A stretch of DNA of 64,000 nt. It comes from Wenzhouxiangellaceae bacterium (lineage in GTDB: Bacteria; Pseudomonadota; Gammaproteobacteria; Xanthomonadales; Wenzhouxiangellaceae). The DNA lies in contig OZ245999.1 in the NCBI GenBank assembly GCA_965230265.1, positions 1,755,158 through 1,819,157 of the forward strand. Reading direction: 5' to 3'. A program made the translations under genes and the position numbers. Below, piece by piece: positions 48,422 through 57,794 of the stretch (position 1 is its first letter; each line of letters begins with the position of its first letter). The notes under the pieces were generated by a model. The model was not told where the DNA came from. It saw nothing but the letters and a program-made list of their open reading frames with translations, and searched no databases.

Positions 48422-49174
48422 ATGCATAAAGCGTATATACTTTTAATTCTGCTCAGTATTGCCGGTGCTACCCATGCACAAGGTTCGGCTGGCATTCCAC
48501 AGCTGGACTTTGGCAACTCAATTTTAGGCGTTACCGGCTCAGAAGCAGGTACTGTCAATGCCGTTTTGGCCTTTAAGAAAATGCAAGAAACTGCAGATGC
48601 AGAATACAAAGCTGAACGTTACCAACAAGCTTTTAAGTATTACCACGAACTGGCCAAGTTCAACGATAAATTCTCTCAGTATCGTATTGGCTATATGTAC
48701 GCGACTGGTCGTGGCGTAGAAAAAGACATGCCAAAGGCTTATGCCTGGACCTATGTCGCATCTGAAACCCGTCAAAAAGGTTTTGTTAATTACCATGTTA
48801 AGGTTCGCTCTGAATTGTCACCTGCAGAATTGGCTATAGGCAAAGAGCTTGCCAATGAATATTTTGAACATTACGGCACTTTTGCCGTTGCCACCGGTGC
48901 CCGGAAGTTAATCCGCAAACAAAAACGACAGTGCACAGGCTCACGGGTTGGCGGCAGCTGTGATCGTACTGCCAGCACCGGGTTCAACTGCGGACTCACC
49001 AGCCAGGGCGTAATCGGCCGTGAGTGTTTGACCCTGGGCGCTGTTGGTCTGCCATCGGTTTCCGGCTTACAGCCGGCAGATCTGCGTAACGCTGAAAAGC
49101 AACTCGAGGTAATAATCGATACTTATAACCCTGGGCAAGTCGAGCTGGGCGAACTGGAATTAATCGAAGACTAA
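48422..49174 (+). CDS. Sel1-like repeat secreted protein with Cys-rich C-terminal region
   Basis: Signal peptide. Sel1-like 'YRIGYMYATGRGVEKDMPKAYAWTYVAS' is followed by a C-terminal segment containing 6 Cys. Confidence 0.55.
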   Translation: MHKAYILLILLSIAGATHAQGSAGIPQLDFGNSILGVTGSEAGTVNAVLAFKKMQETADAEYKAERYQQAFKYYHELAKFNDKFSQYRIGYMYATGRGVEKDMPKAYAWTYVASETRQKGFVNYHVKVRSELSPAELAIGKELANEYFEHYGTFAVATGARKLIRKQKRQCTGSRVGGSCDRTASTGFNCGLTSQGVIGRECLTLGAVGLPSVSGLQPADLRNAEKQLEVIIDTYNPGQVELGELELIED

Positions 49175-49294
49175 CCCACACAATGCCTGCCCGCAGCTTT
49201 AACAGTTGCGGGTTGTCTTAATGCCTTGCTAATGTCTCCGGATCAGTTTGTTATAGTGCATGGCTTACTGCTAAATATTTTCGGAAGAACCTGC

Positions 49295-50158
49295 ATGAAA
49301 TTTATCGCTAGTTGTATTATTTGTTCTTTAATACTGTGCTCAACACAAGGCCGCGCCCATCCTCCCAGTACATTGAGCGAACCAGCTTGCGCACACTATA
49401 TTGGCAATGCAGGCATCATGGTCACATCAGGTGAAACCAAGGTATTGTTTGATGCTTTTTATGCAGAAGATTATGGTCAATATGCACTGGTCCCGGAAAC
49501 CACCCACCAAGCTCTGATTGATGCCATACTGCCATATAACGATGTCGATGCATTACTGATATCGCATGTGCATGGTGACCATTTCTCTCCTGTACCTACT
49601 TTAGAGTTTCTGCGGGCCAATAAAACTGTCCATGTCTATGCGAGCCAGCAGGTTATTGATGTTCTCATTGAGGCTGGCGCCGAAAAAAGCATGAATGAAC
49701 GGTTACACGCTTTTACACTCTCTGAAGGTGATCCTGCACAGGCGCTTCAGCTTGGCGGTTTAAATATCGAAGCAGTACGCATCCCCCATACGGGTGGTGA
49801 GCGAACGGCAATGGTTGAAAACCTGGCCTTTCGTGTGTCTTTGGATAATGATTTGACAGTACTGCATCTCGGCGATGCTGACCCGGATGAGCAACTGTTC
49901 GCCCCTCACCAAAGTCATTGGGACGCCAAACAGCTGGATGTCGCTTTTCCTCCCTATTGGTTCTTGGGCAGCGATGCGGGACGTCTGATTCTAAAAAACC
50001 ACCTCAAAGCACACCAAAGCATAGGTGTGCATGTGCCCATTGTTGCAAAAGACCAAACGGACAGGTGGCTCACCCAGTATGCTGCCGATCTGTTTACCAG
50101 CCCAGGGGAAACCCGCTCATTGTCAGAAGCAACAGGTTGCATATTAACAGCGGACTAA
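49295..50158 (+). CDS. MBL-fold metallo-hydrolase (secreted)
   Basis: Signal peptide. The 'HxHxDH' motif is present as 'SHVHGDHF', with downstream His/Asp ligands. Confidence 0.7.
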   Translation: MKFIASCIICSLILCSTQGRAHPPSTLSEPACAHYIGNAGIMVTSGETKVLFDAFYAEDYGQYALVPETTHQALIDAILPYNDVDALLISHVHGDHFSPVPTLEFLRANKTVHVYASQQVIDVLIEAGAEKSMNERLHAFTLSEGDPAQALQLGGLNIEAVRIPHTGGERTAMVENLAFRVSLDNDLTVLHLGDADPDEQLFAPHQSHWDAKQLDVAFPPYWFLGSDAGRLILKNHLKAHQSIGVHVPIVAKDQTDRWLTQYAADLFTSPGETRSLSEATGCILTAD

Positions 50159-50226
50159 TCAACGGCAATTCTGCTGCCATGACTAAGCCATAACCCGATT
50201 GCCAACAATAAAAATGATTAACCAGC

Positions 50227-51108
50227 ATGTCTAGATCCCAGCGGCTATGGGCTATTTCTGACATCCATATAGACAGCAGCAAGAACCATCAGTTGTTGCT
50301 CAGTCTTTGTGATGAGTCCTACCAGAACGACATGCTGGTTATTGCCGGTGATGCCACTGATAATCTCAGCAGATTAATGGGCTTTTTAAAAAATATGCAA
50401 CAGAAGTTCCACACGGTTGCTTTTGTTCCAGGCAACCATGAGCTATGGCTGCACAAACAAGATTTCCAAGACTCTATCGATAAGTTTGAGGCAATCCTGA
50501 ATGGCTGTCATTCCCTGGGGGTTGGCATTGAGCCGATACGCTTCGGACACAAACACGATGCTGTTTGGGTGGTGCCATTGTTTTCTTGGTATGAAGGACC
50601 AGAAGCTGGTGATACCAGCTTGTATGTGGAAAAAAAAGGCGTCAAAGATGAAACCAAAAACATGTGGCGAGATTATTTTTTGACACGCTGGCCTCAGAAT
50701 ATACAAAAATCGATAGTTGACTATTTTCTCGGCCTCAATACAAACAGTTTATCAATGGCATTCGATGCACCAGTGATCAGCTTTAGTCACTTTTTGCCAC
50801 GCACTGAATTGATTTTTCGACGGCCAGATCACCAACCAGCCGCCCATGTAAACACCACCGATCCGCACCCTGAGTTTAATTTCAGCCGTGTAGCAGGCAG
50901 CTGGCGACTGGATGCTCAAATACGCTCACTTGGCAGCAGGGTACATATTTATGGGCACCAACACCGTAATCGTACTCGCCAGATTGATGATGTCACTTAC
51001 CTGTCTCATTGCCTGGGCTACCCTGCCGAACGTGATTCCGGGCATATCATGAACAATGCCGAGCACCCAAGGTTGATCTGGCAAACTGGCAACGGTTTTA
51101 TGCTGTGA
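50227..51108 (+). CDS. Calcineurin-like metallophosphoesterase
   Basis: Has the 'AISDIHID', 'VIAGDATD' and 'VPGNHE' motif series. Confidence 0.7.
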   Translation: MSRSQRLWAISDIHIDSSKNHQLLLSLCDESYQNDMLVIAGDATDNLSRLMGFLKNMQQKFHTVAFVPGNHELWLHKQDFQDSIDKFEAILNGCHSLGVGIEPIRFGHKHDAVWVVPLFSWYEGPEAGDTSLYVEKKGVKDETKNMWRDYFLTRWPQNIQKSIVDYFLGLNTNSLSMAFDAPVISFSHFLPRTELIFRRPDHQPAAHVNTTDPHPEFNFSRVAGSWRLDAQIRSLGSRVHIYGHQHRNRTRQIDDVTYLSHCLGYPAERDSGHIMNNAEHPRLIWQTGNGFML

Positions 51109-51743
51109 ATATCCTCTTGGCTGACTCCAGGCCGTTATTTCATTCACCTGTATTGCATCCGCTATTGCTTGGCCAGATCAGTCATCAGGCGGTCAATACC
51201 GGTATATATATTGGTGCTGCCAATCACGATGATCCAGAATTTTATGCCCTCGCCTGTGGCGCATTCGATCGCCTGGGACTTAACCATCATCATCATTTAA
51301 AAAGAGGTAACGAACAAGCAACAAACCTGACTTTGCAACCGGCCATTATTATTTTATCCGGCGGCCGCATGAACCCTGGCTGGGATTACCTATCGCAACC
51401 AAAAATCCGTCAGTGGCTGGATATTCATCGCTCACTGGGCAGCATGTTTATCGGTATTTCTGCTGGTGCTATCCATTTAGCGTCGGGCTTGGACGATTCT
51501 GGTCGTTTTCAGACTTATTTACATTGGGTGAAAACTGCCATTGCCGTTCATGAGGAGGCTGAAAACTGGCCATCTGTTCAGAAGCTCGGTCAACAAAACA
51601 TTACCAACGTGATGGCCATCCCTTTCAATGACGGTTTAATCACTGACTCTGAATCCTTTTACAGTCTACACGGCCACACTTGTCGACACGTTATGGCTGA
51701 TAAACAGTACCGCCAGGTTAATGTCCCTGTTATTGGTATATAA
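51105..51743 (+). CDS. Peptidase S51-like / class-I glutamine amidotransferase-like protein
   Basis: GTGA overlap with the upstream gene. The 'IIILSGGRMNPGWDYL…FIGISAGAI' nucleophile-elbow pattern fits peptidase E or a cyanophycinase-like fold. Confidence 0.5.
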   Translation: MNILLADSRPLFHSPVLHPLLLGQISHQAVNTGIYIGAANHDDPEFYALACGAFDRLGLNHHHHLKRGNEQATNLTLQPAIIILSGGRMNPGWDYLSQPKIRQWLDIHRSLGSMFIGISAGAIHLASGLDDSGRFQTYLHWVKTAIAVHEEAENWPSVQKLGQQNITNVMAIPFNDGLITDSESFYSLHGHTCRHVMADKQYRQVNVPVIGI

Positions 51744-51811
51744 AACTTCTAATCAAAAAATTAAGGCGACCTGAACAGGCCGCCTTAATGGTCATGCTTA
51801 GCAAAAGAGTT

Positions 51812-52930
51812 TTAGATATTTAACCCCATCTTACGAATGGTATCGGTTGGAATATAGCTATTGCTCTGGGCCAAACCTTCAGCCTTGGCATAACGGTTCA
51901 CAGCACTCATCGTTTGTGTTCCAAAAATCCCATCGATAGGACCGCTGTAATAGCCCAGATCTTTTAAGCGCTGTTGCATATCAACAGCCAACTCACGGGT
52001 CAGGTTAATGTCACAAACAACATCGCTCCATTCCAGCTCTTCATCAGTCACTTTAACCCTTTGGGTTACAGTGCGGTATTCAGCAGGTACCGTGTTACGG
52101 ATTTCACGAGCATCACGTACCAGTTTCTGCACACGTACCGTTTCATATTTTGCCGGTATAACCACTTCACGCGTCTGGGCTGGGCGTTTAACCACTTGCT
52201 TGCGGACAGTGTCATACTCTGCAGGAATAATGACTTCTTCCACGCGCGGTGGGCTAACCATTACGGTTTTACTGACTGTTTTGTAAACCGCTGGCACCTC
52301 AACCAGACACAACACCTCGCCACTGTTGTCGTTGGCCAAGGTGGTTTGAATGGCGCCGGCAATCGGGCTGCTGCTGCGTTTCCATTCAGTACGCGCGGGT
52401 GTTTCTAAAATCTGTTCTTGGACTTGATCAAACTGGGCAGGTACTTCTACCAGTTTTTTAGAAGCGGCTTTAACCAATACCCGCTCCTCTACCCACTCAT
52501 ACTCCGCAGGAATCACTTCCAAACGGGATGAAGCTTCTTGGACAAGCACGGTTTCTTCAGTCCACTCATATTCAGCAGGCGTCACTGCTAATGTCTCACT
52601 TTCACCACGTACCAGTACCTGTTCGGTTTTGGTGGTGTAAGTGGCAGGTGTTAAAACACGTGCATAGCAATGGCCTGGTTCAGGGTCTGGTGGAAACAAG
52701 TCGGAATTGATGCTTTCTACAGGCGCAGTAACTGCACCAGCGGCATTGCGCTCACTTTCCAGGTCCGCCTGCAGTCGACTGATTTCCTGCTCTTTATTGG
52801 CCAGTTCTTGACGGTAACGTGCTAACTCATCAGCATTGTTATCATGCTGCTGTGTCGCAGAGCAACCTGCCAATAGCGTGACTCCAACCGCGGTAATTAA
52901 CACATGTTTTGTGGTTTTATTTTTAAACAT
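51812..52930 (-). CDS. Lipoprotein with tandem 'PAEY-x-(T/W)V' repeats and C-terminal peptidoglycan-binding (PG_binding_1-like) domain
   Basis: Lipobox 'LLAGCSA' and a coiled-coil segment. About 9 repeats of ~17 aa (V/IPAEYEW/TV…V.V) precede the C-terminal 'LKDLGYYSGPIDGIFGTQTMSAVNRYAKAEGL'. Confidence 0.6.
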   Translation of the reverse strand: MFKNKTTKHVLITAVGVTLLAGCSATQQHDNNADELARYRQELANKEQEISRLQADLESERNAAGAVTAPVESINSDLFPPDPEPGHCYARVLTPATYTTKTEQVLVRGESETLAVTPAEYEWTEETVLVQEASSRLEVIPAEYEWVEERVLVKAASKKLVEVPAQFDQVQEQILETPARTEWKRSSSPIAGAIQTTLANDNSGEVLCLVEVPAVYKTVSKTVMVSPPRVEEVIIPAEYDTVRKQVVKRPAQTREVVIPAKYETVRVQKLVRDAREIRNTVPAEYRTVTQRVKVTDEELEWSDVVCDINLTRELAVDMQQRLKDLGYYSGPIDGIFGTQTMSAVNRYAKAEGLAQSNSYIPTDTIRKMGLNI

Positions 52931-53286
52931 TGGTTATTCCTTTTGTGTAAATTCAGTTAGTTACAAGGTTTTTTTAATAACTACTCAAGTGCTTAGAAAA
53001 TTAACCGTCTAAATATAGCAGTTAGTCTTTAGATCACTGTGATATTTGCTGCTTTCGACACAACAATTAACGAATATCTCAATAAGCGGTTGAACCATTA
53101 GTCAATTGAAAAATCAGCAGCTTATTTTTGCCTGTATCGTATAGCTCCTGACGTACGATGCTGATAGTATTTTTATATAATGCGATAAGCGCTTGCAGCT
53201 TTACAGTTCCAGACCATTGCTTGCCCAAACCGATAAAAGCACAATTGATAGGTTGTTAGAACCCACTTACTTCGTTATGATTTGTC

Positions 53287-54171
53287 TTGACTGCTTCCAG
53301 TAAAGAACTGTTCAAACCCTGCAATCACTCAGTGCTCACTCTCAACCCCATCCCACGCGTTGATAAGCTGGATAAAAAAGCATTCCAGCAGCGTTTTTTT
53401 GTCCCCAAGCTGCCAGTTGTCATCAAAAGCCTCACACATAATTGGCCTGCCTACGAAAAATGGAATCTGGATTATTTCCGTCAGGTCGCCGGAGATAACA
53501 TTATCCCGTTGTACAACAGCCAGCCTGCTCGTGGTAAACAGCACCAACATGCCGCTGCCGCACATCTGCCATTCAGCCAGTTTCTTGACTTGCTGGAACA
53601 AGGTGAAAAAGACCTAAGGATGTTTTTCTGGCAAATAATGAAAGAAGCGCCAGTCTTGACTGCTGACTTTCAATACCCTGATTTGGGTATGAGCTTTTTT
53701 AAACGCTTGCCGGTATTGTTTTTTGCCGGTAAGGATGCGCGAGTCAACCTGCACTTCGATATCGATCTGGCAGATATATTGCTCTGTCATTTTGGCGGCC
53801 CCAAAACCATCTATCTTTTCCCGCCCAGTCAAACCGAAAATTTATACCGGGTTCCTTTTTCGTTCAGCAGTATTTTTGATATTGATATCAGTCAACCTGA
53901 CTATCAGCGCTTTCCTAAACTGCGCCAGGCCCAAGGCTATCAGGTCACTCTCGAGCATGGCCAGGTGCTGTACATTCCTTCCGGGTACTGGCACTACGTT
54001 GTCTATAACGAAATCAGTTGCTCTATGTCGCTGCGGGCATTACCCACCAAGCTCACTGAACGAATCAAGGTATTCCACAACATTGCAATACTGCGAACAG
54101 TTGATGGGTTGATGCGAAAACTGTTAGGCGATCGCTGGGTAGAGCGTAACCTGAAACGCGCCTCTCGATGA
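53287..54171 (+). CDS. JmjC/cupin-8 domain protein (putative 2OG-Fe(II) oxygenase-like)
   Basis: Cupin_8-like blocks 'NLHFDxD…', 'HFGGPKTIYLFPP' and 'LYIPSGYWHYV'. The track start is TTG, so the true start is uncertain. Confidence 0.6.
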   Translation: MTASSKELFKPCNHSVLTLNPIPRVDKLDKKAFQQRFFVPKLPVVIKSLTHNWPAYEKWNLDYFRQVAGDNIIPLYNSQPARGKQHQHAAAAHLPFSQFLDLLEQGEKDLRMFFWQIMKEAPVLTADFQYPDLGMSFFKRLPVLFFAGKDARVNLHFDIDLADILLCHFGGPKTIYLFPPSQTENLYRVPFSFSSIFDIDISQPDYQRFPKLRQAQGYQVTLEHGQVLYIPSGYWHYVVYNEISCSMSLRALPTKLTERIKVFHNIAILRTVDGLMRKLLGDRWVERNLKRASR

Positions 54172-54182
54172 AAGCTTTGTTA

Positions 54183-55034
54183 TTAATTCAAATTAAAAGT
54201 GTAAGACACACTACTACCAACCGCGAACTGATTGGCTGATCCTAGCGGATCGACGATTGGGCTATTGGCAATATCACCCAGCAAACGGGTGTAACGGACA
54301 AAGCCGTTTAAGGACCAATGTTTATCAAACTCCCAACGCGCGCCCAGATTAACACGGACATCCTGAAAAGATGCCCCCGGAGAAAATTCGGGTAAGCCAG
54401 AATTGAACGACTGTTCTTCTGATACACCAAAAAACTGCTGCGCCCGATTGGACTGTGCCCAACTCCCGCGCACTCCCAAACCAAGGGAGAGTTTGTTTTT
54501 TCGGTATAACAGTCGCGATAGTGTCAAATCGACCACCCCGCCATTGCCACTGCGAATAATGGCATGGTAATAGCGCAAACGTGCGGTAAAGTAATCGTTA
54601 ACATTCACCCTGGCGTAAACCCCCAGATCCAGACTGCGACGAATCCTGCCCAAGCCTTCCAGTGCGGGATTACTGCTTTCACTGCGACCTCCAGTGGTTC
54701 TGACCACCGGACCAAACTGAAAATCCTTCAGCCCCAGCAGATTCAATTCGGCACCATCGTTACCCAAGGTTAAAACCTTGCCCAAACGCACCAGAAACAC
54801 CAGGTCAGGCTCAACTTCATAATCGTCTGAACCAAAGTAATCCGGCCCAAACTGTGGCCCAACACCAACGGTGATCTGGGTTCCATCAGGAACCATCACA
54901 TCCACAAACTCCACCAGGTCGGAGAAAAAGTCATCTTTGGATTGCGCCATGACCAACGTTACGTTGAAAAAGCAAACGAATAAAACCGCACTGAATTGCT
55001 TCATTATTTTCATTCTGGAATTCAAAAACATCAA
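54183..55034 (-). CDS. MipA/OmpV-family outer-membrane protein
   Basis: Signal peptide and beta-barrel alternation. The C-terminus '…SVSYTFNLN' ends in an aromatic residue. Confidence 0.7.
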   Translation of the reverse strand: MMFLNSRMKIMKQFSAVLFVCFFNVTLVMAQSKDDFFSDLVEFVDVMVPDGTQITVGVGPQFGPDYFGSDDYEVEPDLVFLVRLGKVLTLGNDGAELNLLGLKDFQFGPVVRTTGGRSESSNPALEGLGRIRRSLDLGVYARVNVNDYFTARLRYYHAIIRSGNGGVVDLTLSRLLYRKNKLSLGLGVRGSWAQSNRAQQFFGVSEEQSFNSGLPEFSPGASFQDVRVNLGARWEFDKHWSLNGFVRYTRLLGDIANSPIVDPLGSANQFAVGSSVSYTFNLN

Positions 55035-55278
55035 AACTGCTGGTAAATGCCTAATACTGATTTAATACTGTTGGTTCAATCATACAGAAGCACGACTCAG
55101 TGTTTGAATATCTTACCTTGTTTTCGTCCTGCAAAGTGACGCTTGAAACAATAAGCGTTCAAGTTGAATACAACCGAAACGACAATGCAGCGATGTTGTA
55201 TTAATGTTCAAGTGATTTCTGCTGTTGTATAGTATGCCATTGACTTTTCCTGCAAACACTCGACGGAAACCACTCAAA

Positions 55279-56997
55279 ATGAAGAACTCCTGCCTGCTGC
55301 TTTTACTGATTTTTGCTTTTGTTTTTAACGCACAAGCCCAACCGATTGATAATGCACGCGGCGTCGACGCCCGCGTTGATTACCAGGCACTGGCCAATAT
55401 CGGCGCCTGGGATGACCGGAACTACCTGCTGACCCAGGAAGATCTTGCTCTGTTGTCCGACACTGAAGCACAGCAGTTTACACCTGTGCCAGCATTCTAT
55501 CGCGTGATGTTGCGTCGTAACTATCCTGATCTACCACGCACCGGACCTGCACAGTACCCGCTGTCGGCTTATAACTATTTCCTGTTGAGATATGCCGGTT
55601 TTCTGATTGATGGAAGAATCTACACCGGGCTGCGGCGTGTCGATGATCGTTTTGAAGTGCTGCTACAGGATGGCCTGACCTTTACCCAGATGATCGAAAA
55701 CGATTTGCGGGTTCCCGATGGCAACGTTTTGGTTAATCCGACGGGCAGCGCCGCTGAATCCGCCGTATCCATTAACCCAATTAACCCGGATATTGTTCTG
55801 GCAGGCGTGAATGGTTCTGGACAGGATATGTACTTTTCCAGCGATCGAGGCAATACCTGGACCCAGGCCAGCGATTTACTGGGTGGAGAATGTTGTGACC
55901 CGACCATCGAATGGTCGACTGATGGTACTTTGGCTTACACCGCTACTCTGGGCGGTGGCCAGATATGGTTTTATCGATCTGACAACAATGGACAAACCTG
56001 GGATGGGTTGGAGTCCTTTACTCCAGGTGACCCACGCCGTGAAATAGATGCGCCTGGTGGCGGCTTCAACGACAAAGAGTTTTTGCATGTGGATTTAAGC
56101 CCCGAATCTCCGTTTCAAGACAATATCTACGTCAGCTGGCATGCAAGCAATGTTCTGCAGGTCGCTACATCCAGCGACTTGGGCAATACATTTAGTATAT
56201 TCACTTTTGCCGGCGAACCTTTGGGCATCGGCAGTGACCTGACCACCGACCGCAATGGCGTGGTCTACCATGTTTACCCTTCATTTGCGACCAATACCGT
56301 CCGCTTTAATATGTCAACAGATGGTGGTGCCAGCTTTACCGATACAACGGTAATCGCTAATACCAACGCCAGTTTCAACTACTTTATCCCATCGCAGGCC
56401 AACCGTGGTTCTGCCATTATTGCTTCGATTGATGTCGACAATTCCGGTGGCCCATTTGATGGCCGTATTTATATCGCCTGGAGTGATTTGACTGCCGATT
56501 CCGGTGGCACCCCTGCGACCAATCATGCACAGGTCACAGTGGCCTATTCAGATGATCAGGGAGCGACCTGGAATTTCACCACGCCTCACCCTGTGGATGA
56601 TGTCGATTCAGTTGATCGCTGGCAGCCCTGGCTGGATCTAGGGGTAGATGGCACAGTTAATATCATTTTTTATGACACCAGGGCTTTCCCCAACCGGGAC
56701 GGCGTGGATGTTTATCATGCGGTATCCACCGATGGCGCCGTCACTTTCAGTGAGCCCGAACTGATAACGGATGTTAGCTCACCTGCCCCTGGAGATGGCT
56801 TCCAGTTCGGCGACTACAGCAGCCTTGATATCAGTCGGTTAAGTGATAATGGTATCGCTATATTTACCGACACCCGCGCTGAAGGAGCTGGTAACTCTAT
56901 TGATGTTTATGTTGCACCTACCGGTCAGCCAGAACTGGGGGAAAACTTCTTTATCGATGGGTTTGAAGACATCATTGTTCCGCCGCAAAGCAATTGA
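55279..56997 (+). CDS. Secreted BNR/Asp-box repeat (sialidase-fold-like) protein with C-terminal GENFFxDGFE tail
   Basis: Signal peptide (re-assigned start MKNSCLLLLL). It has Asp-boxes 'SSDRGNTW', 'SDNNGQTW', 'STDGGASF' and 'SDDQGATW', and a C-terminus '…GENFFIDGFEDIIVPPQSN'. Confidence 0.7.
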   Translation: MKNSCLLLLLIFAFVFNAQAQPIDNARGVDARVDYQALANIGAWDDRNYLLTQEDLALLSDTEAQQFTPVPAFYRVMLRRNYPDLPRTGPAQYPLSAYNYFLLRYAGFLIDGRIYTGLRRVDDRFEVLLQDGLTFTQMIENDLRVPDGNVLVNPTGSAAESAVSINPINPDIVLAGVNGSGQDMYFSSDRGNTWTQASDLLGGECCDPTIEWSTDGTLAYTATLGGGQIWFYRSDNNGQTWDGLESFTPGDPRREIDAPGGGFNDKEFLHVDLSPESPFQDNIYVSWHASNVLQVATSSDLGNTFSIFTFAGEPLGIGSDLTTDRNGVVYHVYPSFATNTVRFNMSTDGGASFTDTTVIANTNASFNYFIPSQANRGSAIIASIDVDNSGGPFDGRIYIAWSDLTADSGGTPATNHAQVTVAYSDDQGATWNFTTPHPVDDVDSVDRWQPWLDLGVDGTVNIIFYDTRAFPNRDGVDVYHAVSTDGAVTFSEPELITDVSSPAPGDGFQFGDYSSLDISRLSDNGIAIFTDTRAEGAGNSIDVYVAPTGQPELGENFFIDGFEDIIVPPQSN

Positions 56998-57186
56998 TCA
57001 CTGGTCACCAGGACAATCATTGAAACCATAAAAAAATAGAGGCTTATTTTTCCACTGGAGAAATAAGCCTCTGCCTATATAAAAGCCCATATACAAAACA
57101 AGATTTTGTAACCAGCCTGGTTTAAGATATCTACTTAAATTTGGATGCTGCTTCATCCAGATCACAAACACCACTATGAGTAAACC

Positions 57187-57765
57187 ATGCGTACTACAAT
57201 CATAATCATCGCTATCAGCTTTCTCAGTGTAATCTCTGCATCACTAAACGCATCGGGTTACTTTAAGTGCAAAGATGCCGAAGGCAATATTATTTTTTCT
57301 GATACCGAGTGCCCGGTTGAAGCTGAGGTTCTGACTGAGAAAACCGTTCGTGCCAACGCCGTTACCGGGCGCTTTAGCTCACAACCTTATATAGATGATA
57401 GCAATATGGACCTGCAGGATATGCTGAAGCTGCGCTCGCAACTGGCCGAAGCCTTATCCGATATGACGCCGGTTAAACTTGCCGCCACAGAGTTCTACTT
57501 GCAGCAAGATCAATGGCCTGAAAACCTGGAAGCGCTTGGCTTTAACCCCAAGCAAACCAACAGCGAGCAGATTCATTCTGTCGAACTCGGTCAGCACGGT
57601 GCATTGGTTGCCAAGCTTCGGGAATCTTTCGGTGCTGACAAAATGATTGTCCTCAGCCCCAGTGAAGCAATGGATGGGACAGTGATCAAATGGAACTGTG
57701 CTGCTAACTTTTCACCGTTGCTGACCAATGAACTGTCCTGCGAGTCCCGCAATATTCACCCTTGA
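57187..57765 (+). CDS. DUF4124-like N-domain fused to a type-IV-pilin-like C-domain
   Basis: After the signal peptide comes 'YKCKDAEGNIIFSDTECP' (DUF4124 pattern). The C-terminus 'VKLAATEFYLQQDQWPENLEALGF…WNCAANFSPLLTNELSC' resembles the pilin globular domain with a terminal disulfide. Confidence 0.45.
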   Translation: MRTTIIIIAISFLSVISASLNASGYFKCKDAEGNIIFSDTECPVEAEVLTEKTVRANAVTGRFSSQPYIDDSNMDLQDMLKLRSQLAEALSDMTPVKLAATEFYLQQDQWPENLEALGFNPKQTNSEQIHSVELGQHGALVAKLRESFGADKMIVLSPSEAMDGTVIKWNCAANFSPLLTNELSCESRNIHP

Positions 57766-57794
57766 GCCTTTTCGTTTTCGAAACCATTGATGCA

